The notes beneath the pieces are model-generated. The model was not told the origin of the DNA, ran no database searches, and was given only the letters and a program-made list of their open reading frames with translations. 64,000 nucleotides of DNA from the human T2T-CHM13v2.0 reference genome, Homo sapiens. Location: assembly GCF_009914755.1 (NCBI RefSeq), contig NC_060931.1, one strand, 5' to 3'. Shown in pieces: positions 57,420 through 64,000 of this stretch; positions within the stretch are counted from its first letter, which is position 1, and the number at the start of each line of letters is the position of its first letter. The position numbers were made by a program, and so were the translations under genes.

Positions 57420-58129
57420 CTAGTCTAACTTCTAATTTCATCTGACTTCAAGATAAATTATTTGATTTCATTGTAAGGCTGTAGGAAACTCTGAGAGTCT
57501 TAATTTACTTATCTGTAAATTGGAGAAAATAGCTGCCTGAAGAAGTAGATAGACACATTATGGTGTTAGACCAATAGTAAGTACTTAGTAATTTTTAGCT
57601 ATGATGTTGATGATGATGATTAGTATCACAGATATCTAATAACACTACATCTATAACAAATGTTTCTGTCCATTTGACTTTAATACACTATCATTTTTAT
57701 TTTAAAATATTATCTTTTTAATGGTCTTATAGTCACTGATTTTTCTTCTTCAACTTGTAGCTGTTTTGCTTTCTCTACCTCATTGTCACACATACTTTTC
57801 TGGCTTGTAGACTCCTTATGAAAGTAGACGAATGTCCACGTACTGCCTTTCTTAAGAGGACTTAGGCAACTCTGGAAGAAAATACTTGTAAATTTACATT
57901 GTGCCCTCACTTTCTGTCTTCTTTAATTTCAAATTTTAGTGCCCTATTTTTTAGTACAGTACAGTTGCATGTTCTCTTTATTGCTCCCTGGTGAAAATGG
58001 ATATTCACTAAGTCCAGCCTCCAACTCCCATCAGATTATCTTATAACTAGTGAGTTATGGTCATATATGAGAGAAAGTTTTTCCTAAAATTAAAACATGA
58101 AAATTGATTTGGTTATCAACAATTGCATA

Positions 58130-58304
<175 letters not shown>

Positions 58305-60789
58305 AATTGCATAATAGTGACGTACTGCTCTTCAATTTGCCTAATATCATGCAAAAGGCCATTATGAATATAAAACAAACTAAAAGCTGGATGTTTGCTT
58401 TCAAAAAGTTGGAAAAACTAGATCAATTGTTTCTACTATCCTCTGTCAGATTTGCAGTGTTACTGATATTTAAACACTAGAGCCATCAACATCAATGCAA
58501 TCATTAGGATTTTTAAAAGTACTTTGGATAGCATAGTTAATATGCTGTACTTATTAGATAAACAGAACTGTTATTCTATAAAGTTGTCATAGATCTCATT
58601 TGTCATTTGATTAAAAGGCAACAATTTGTAGTAAATGTTAGTATGTGTTTCTGAGGCTGCCTTCCCCTACCCACCCTCTACTGTTTTAAGAAAACCGACA
58701 CTATCTTGTTATGTCAGAAAACTTAGAGGGTCTCTATGGTTTTATACAACCAAATACAGTTGATATAGAATATCAATACTTCTTACTCTACATTCCTCTC
58801 TACCCCTTGTGTGATTACTATCACATTAAAAATTGAGGCTTATGGAGGAAGCTGCTGTAAATCAGTAGGAATATTATTTCTCTGTGCCTCTTAAAATAGA
58901 CAATTATGATTCAGATCCTCAACAGCCCATGTATAAAGATAAGTTCTGCATATCTATACTGGCATTTAAACAAATAAAAGTTTATGACTATAGAATCTAT
59001 TAAGAAAGTTTAGTTAATGTCAACCTTGTGGGAAGTATTCATTTTGAACATAGTTATTTCTAGAAAAAAATAAATAAATAAAACTTTTTTCTGTTGTCCT
59101 AAAATGGTAAATACAAAACATTCAAAAGGAGTGGTTTTCTTTCAATGTGACTATATTATTATTATTGTTGTTGTTTTTAGTTCTGTATTTAGTTGTTTTT
59201 AGTTTCAAACCCTGAAAACACGGGGCCTTTTGTAACATATAGTGACAGGTCTTTCACTGGGTATCATTTTTATTTTAGCATCTTGTTCTAGACATTTTCT
59301 CCAGAGGCAGTAGTAGTAATAGATCAACAACATTTTACCAAAATCTTAAGACTGCGTGCCTGTAGAAGGAAAGGAAAGTCAGCGATGGTAAAAGATGAAG
59401 GAGAAACACAATCAAATAAATTAAAACAGGAGTCACATCTTGTAATGAAGGTGATATGTCATAAACTAAGAAATAGAATTTACTTAGCTTCATGCATCAA
59501 CAATTCAAATGAATAAATAAGTAAACACACAACTTGACATGGGTAAAAATAGCACTGAAACAGGCAGGACTAACGATGCCAATATACAGGTGTCAAGCCA
59601 ACCTCCCCATTGTGGTCAAACCTCAAACACCATTGCATAGAATCTAATATATCAGAATTATTTAGCCCAAATAGATTGGTAGTATGTGTGTGCAATCAAA
59701 TTGAAAAGTGTACATTTTTACCTATTTAATGTGTTTATTTCTAGTGTTATTTGTAATTTTTGTTTTTAAGATATATTATTCAATTTTTAAAGCATTAAAA
59801 CCTGCCAGTAAGATGTTTCAAACATTTATGCCATGTATAATTTTGGCTTCAAAAATTAAAAAAAAAACACATTTATTTTTGGTGCTTTAATAGAAATGAA
59901 TAAATTAGCATGTCTTTACCTATTATGTTGTTATATCTTTAGTGTTAATTTGATGTTTGAAATTTAAAAATTAATATCTTCCAAAATAATTTATCCATTA
60001 AACTATGTATATAATTTTTTGAAATGACCAGAATATAAGAAAAAAGCCATGATGCCAGAGATGTATTCATGAAGGCCAAAATTACCTTCTGCAGAAGACT
60101 TTTTGTTTCTTCACTCGTTTTTACATTTCACAGAAATTTCAAGGCCTGGGGAGCTGGGTCAGGGAAGGCATATCTACTTCAGGCTTGCAGCCATTAATAG
60201 AATTTGGTTTTATCTTTTCTTTTGTTACAGTGATATTTTTACTAACTATACTTGTCTCCTCTCAGTGAGCAGCTTGTATCTACATTTAGAATGAATCAAT
60301 ATGGGAGTGCTTTAATAACTATCACCTTTAACAACTTCAGACTGAGGCTAAGGTCTAAAATCAGCTGCCTGTAGAGGTTACATGATCTTCCCTGAGAATT
60401 TTCAGAAATACTTGGATAGGAAAACCTGGTTTAAAGAGAAAGGAAGGAAAAGAAGGCAGGACAGAAGGAGGGAGGAATAAAAGGAATAAAATGAACCCCT
60501 CAAATAACTGAAAACTATACTTCCTGTGGTAAGCCATTAAAGGAAGTGTTAGTTTTAAATGGTGAAAAAATATGGCACATCTTGGTTACAATTGCAGGAA
60601 TGTCTAAAGATAAATCATATAGCAATTGACTCTGCATTTGAGTGGAGCTGGATATCTACATGCCAAAATATATATTCCATGTTTCAATGTAATTGGACAA
60701 AATACATTTGACATTTTAACAAGTAATAATCATTACTCTTGTTGCACCTTTTCCATGTGTTTGCAACCACTTTAGACGTTTGCGTGTTT

Positions 60790-60960
60790 TATGTGAGAGC
60801 TTGGGATTATTTTTTACCCTCATTTTCACAAAAATGAAACTCAATCTCAGCAAAATTAAATCACTTCCCAAAGTTCTTACTGAGGAATTTTAGATGCTTG
60901 TTAGAAGCTGGTTTCAAACTGGGTAGTCTAACTCCAATAGTCCTGCTCTTTACCACTATG
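60790..60960 (-). mobile_element. MIR
   Basis: cattttcaca...gaaactca...ttaaatcacttcccaaagt...gtctaactcca...ctctttaccact. Confidence 0.65.
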
Positions 60961-62499
60961 ATATTATTTTAGAAATATGTTCCTTTTAGCTTAAAAAGCT
61001 CATTTGAAATCTTCAACTTTGATATCTCATTATTCTAGGCACACACGTATAACCTCTGTATCTCTATATACCAATGACCTACTCAGAATTTGATAAAATT
61101 TAAGTGTAATTACTTTTTCTATAAATGATAGTCTAATAGCTGATGTGTTGAAAACATTACACACCAAATTATCCTGAATATACTTCACTATAATGTCATG
61201 GCAGATATTTAGCTCTCCAAAATGATTATAGCATTTAAGTTTAACTATTATCAATTTGATGCCAAATAGAATGTCCTGACTCACAAGTACTTATGAAATA
61301 ATAGTTATTAAATAAATGGATTTGAAAAACTTTTAGTTATGCAACCTAAATTCTAGCTTCATGCTTGTACCCTCAAAATATACTTAGAATATGCAAGCTT
61401 AAGAGAATATTTTCTCTTGATTCTTTTATTCTTTATTTTGCCACTAACAATGCAGACAAGGTACATATTGCAGAAGAGGTGTCAATAACCCCTAAGGATC
61501 AGCAGAAGAGGTTAGATAGGTATCTACAAATGTGCATATTCTTTCAAACATAGAATCAAAGTCTATGCAGTCTGATTTGGGTTTTTCTTTTTTTTTTTTC
61601 AATATATTGGCTTCTGTTTTCTGAGACCACATGACTCCTTATAGTTAAAATTCCAGATTTGTTTGGTTTCTATTTATCTTTTTTGAGGGAAATAGGAAGA
61701 GGATGGACTATTTATGAATAATTGAGCAAACTGAATTTCACTCAGTGGAATTTGCTTGTACAAGCACATATACAGGGTTATATTTGTTATAATAAAGAAG
61801 AATGACAACAACAAAATTTCATCACTGATAATTTAGAAATATTAAACACTCTTGCCTTATGAAATAATCTCATTCATCTAAAAATTAATGAATGGTTTTA
61901 GAGAGACTTTTGAAATCATCAATCTGTTTCTTATGCCATTATGATATTGTCTTGTGAATATGAGAATGACTAAGCAATGTATTGCCTTTCATGGTATAAG
62001 TAAAAATACAGCATCACTCTATTACCTCACTGTATAGTTCAGTATGATATTAGAAATGTAAGTGGCTACAATTCAATAGAATCTATATTTAAACTCAAAG
62101 CATCTTTTCATATGATGTCAGAAATTGAATGTGGACTAGTAATACTTCCAAGTATGACACATCTTAGTTGAAACATATTACCTGTTTTTGTCACAGTTTA
62201 AGACAGATGCTTTAATGATGCAGGCAGACAGTTTCACTGAAATCTCATCAAGATGTTACTAAAAATGTCTTTGGTCTTTATACTGAAATTAAACTCTAGA
62301 GAAAATTAGAATATTTTCTTACATACTTCTAGACAATAAGGCTTAGAAACTGAATTGGGTCCATAGCATTTAAGTAGAACTAGAATTTAAGATAATTTTT
62401 CAAGGAATAGTCTTACCTCCATTTCTAAGGAAGAACTCATATATAGAAATATTTAGATGGAAATATATAGATAGAAATATTACAGAAAAATTTTTAGTC

Positions 62500-64000
62500 T
62501 GGAGTGGAGGGGCCCTGTGTCGGACCACCACACTCTTCTACACAACACTCACTGTCAAAGCTGGGAACTAGGTTTCCTAGAATCCTCTTAAGTATGTGGT
62601 GCTGGTTTAAGGTTTGCCAATGAGAGGAGCTTAGGTGAGATTTAGAAGCCATTACTCTTGGCAACCAAGACATGGCAGTCATGCCACTCTCCAGCTAACT
62701 CCTTTTTGAAACTAGAGGATGAATGTAATGACTTCTTAGTCTTCTCCACAAGCTCTGCCTTCTCTACCTGCTCCTGTTTGAAGCCATTAGCAACTGTCTC
62801 TCCATGCCTTTGGCTAAGGTACCCCAGACCTTCCCTCTAACATGTCCTTCTACATTTGTTTAAGCTCAAATTTCTTGATTAAATTCTTCCCTGAAAAATT
62901 GTAGTGGCTCTATTTCCTTGAATACACCAGGATTAATAAAATTTTTGGTACCGTAAGTGCTTTGGTGAGTACAGACTTAGGTTGTGAAATTAGAATTGAT
63001 CATCTGATCTGATTAGATTTAAAGGGATAAATAATCTAATTGTCTGATAATTAGGATACAATGAAGGCCAATATCTTAAAAATATGTACACTTGACAAGC
63101 TAGAAAATCTTTGGTGTTCAAAGTTTAAGAAGGTAGGAAAGCTTGAGTGGATTTATTTTATATAACCTTTTCTCTTATTCCTAACCAGTTCCCCTGAGAT
63201 AATCCAGAGGACAACCTCTTCAGCACAGCCTTGTGAGATATATTAGCGAGTGAGTTTGTTTCTTAGTTTTACCTTAATAAGTTACCATAAAGTTGGTGGC
63301 TTAAATAACAGAAATTTATTTCTCACAATTCTAGAGGCTAGAAACCCCCAAATCAAGCCAATCGTAGCACCGTGCTCCCTCCGAAGGCTCTAAGGAATAA
63401 TTTTTTCTTTCCTCTTCTTTCTGCTGTTTGCTGTCAATCCTTGGCATTCCTTGATTTTTGGCATTGTAACTCCAATCTCTGCCTCCGTCTTACATGGCTC
63501 TTTTCTCTGCATGTCTCCTCTGTGTCATTTTTTCCCTAAATCTCTCTCCTCTAAGTACCCCAGTCGTTGAATTTAAGGCCCTCTCTAATCCACTATGACC
63601 TCAACTTAACTCAATAATGTCTACAAAGTCTATATTTCCAAATAATGCCACATTTACAGCTCTTCAACATATTTTTTGGAATTCAACCCGCACAATGAGG
63701 GAAGCAATAGCACTTTCAAAAGGCATGGTAGTGTTTTTTCTCTGCAAGCAAAGCATAGTAGTGGGAAATGGTGCTATTAAAATGGGATTATTAAATATAA
63801 TGAAACGATGGAATTTTATAATGGTGGGACCATGCAGTGCCACTTAATCACTATAGACAGCCTACGTAGAGTAAGCCTAATCCGTAGCAGGACCAGAGCA
63901 GTACCAAGAATGGTTTGACCTACAAAGATCTTGAACAATCTTTTGCTAGCATATCATGAAATTCTCAGGATTGCCTTGCTGCCCCTTCACCTTCTGCCTT
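62500..64000 (+). mobile_element. Old ERVL-class element: LTR16/33-like LTR (to about 62940) then gag-like internal sequence, split by MLT1C
   Basis: tttttggtacc internal start after the LTR; ccagaggacaacctcttcagcacagcc resembles ERVL gag PEDTPFT region; subfamily uncertain. Confidence 0.55.
63255..63694 (-). mobile_element. MLT1C/B-like solo LTR
   Basis: ggtggcttaaataacagaaatttatttctcacaattctagaggctag...aattcaacccgcaca; TSD gtgag/atgag. Confidence 0.8.

Overview
AT-rich, repeat-dense primate (very probably human) non-coding DNA. I see no supportable host protein-coding gene, RNA gene or CpG island, and almost all ORFs in the track come from Alu, L1 or LTR sequence or are chance ORFs. The window is a mosaic of about 11 Alus, several L1/L2/MIR fragments, a Tigger1, a half Made1 and many ERV/MaLR LTRs. 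The most interesting part is a 7-kb ERV cluster at 33.0-40.0 kb: MLT2 with a nested MER4A, a + strand solo LTR7 (TSD ATTTA, three U3 repeat units), and a - strand HERV-H provirus. The provirus keeps its 5' LTR, His-PBS, splice donor and both TSDs (GTAGG) but has lost nearly all of its 3' LTR. That leaves two convergent LTR7 promoters, a predicted read-through RNA able to fold back on itself, and a co-oriented MER4A poly(A) signal downstream. The provirus leader also carries an unbroken ESRG/HESRG-like ORF with an apparently newly gained AUG (196 aa). Repeat subfamily names come from recalled consensus sequences and need RepeatMasker/Dfam confirmation.
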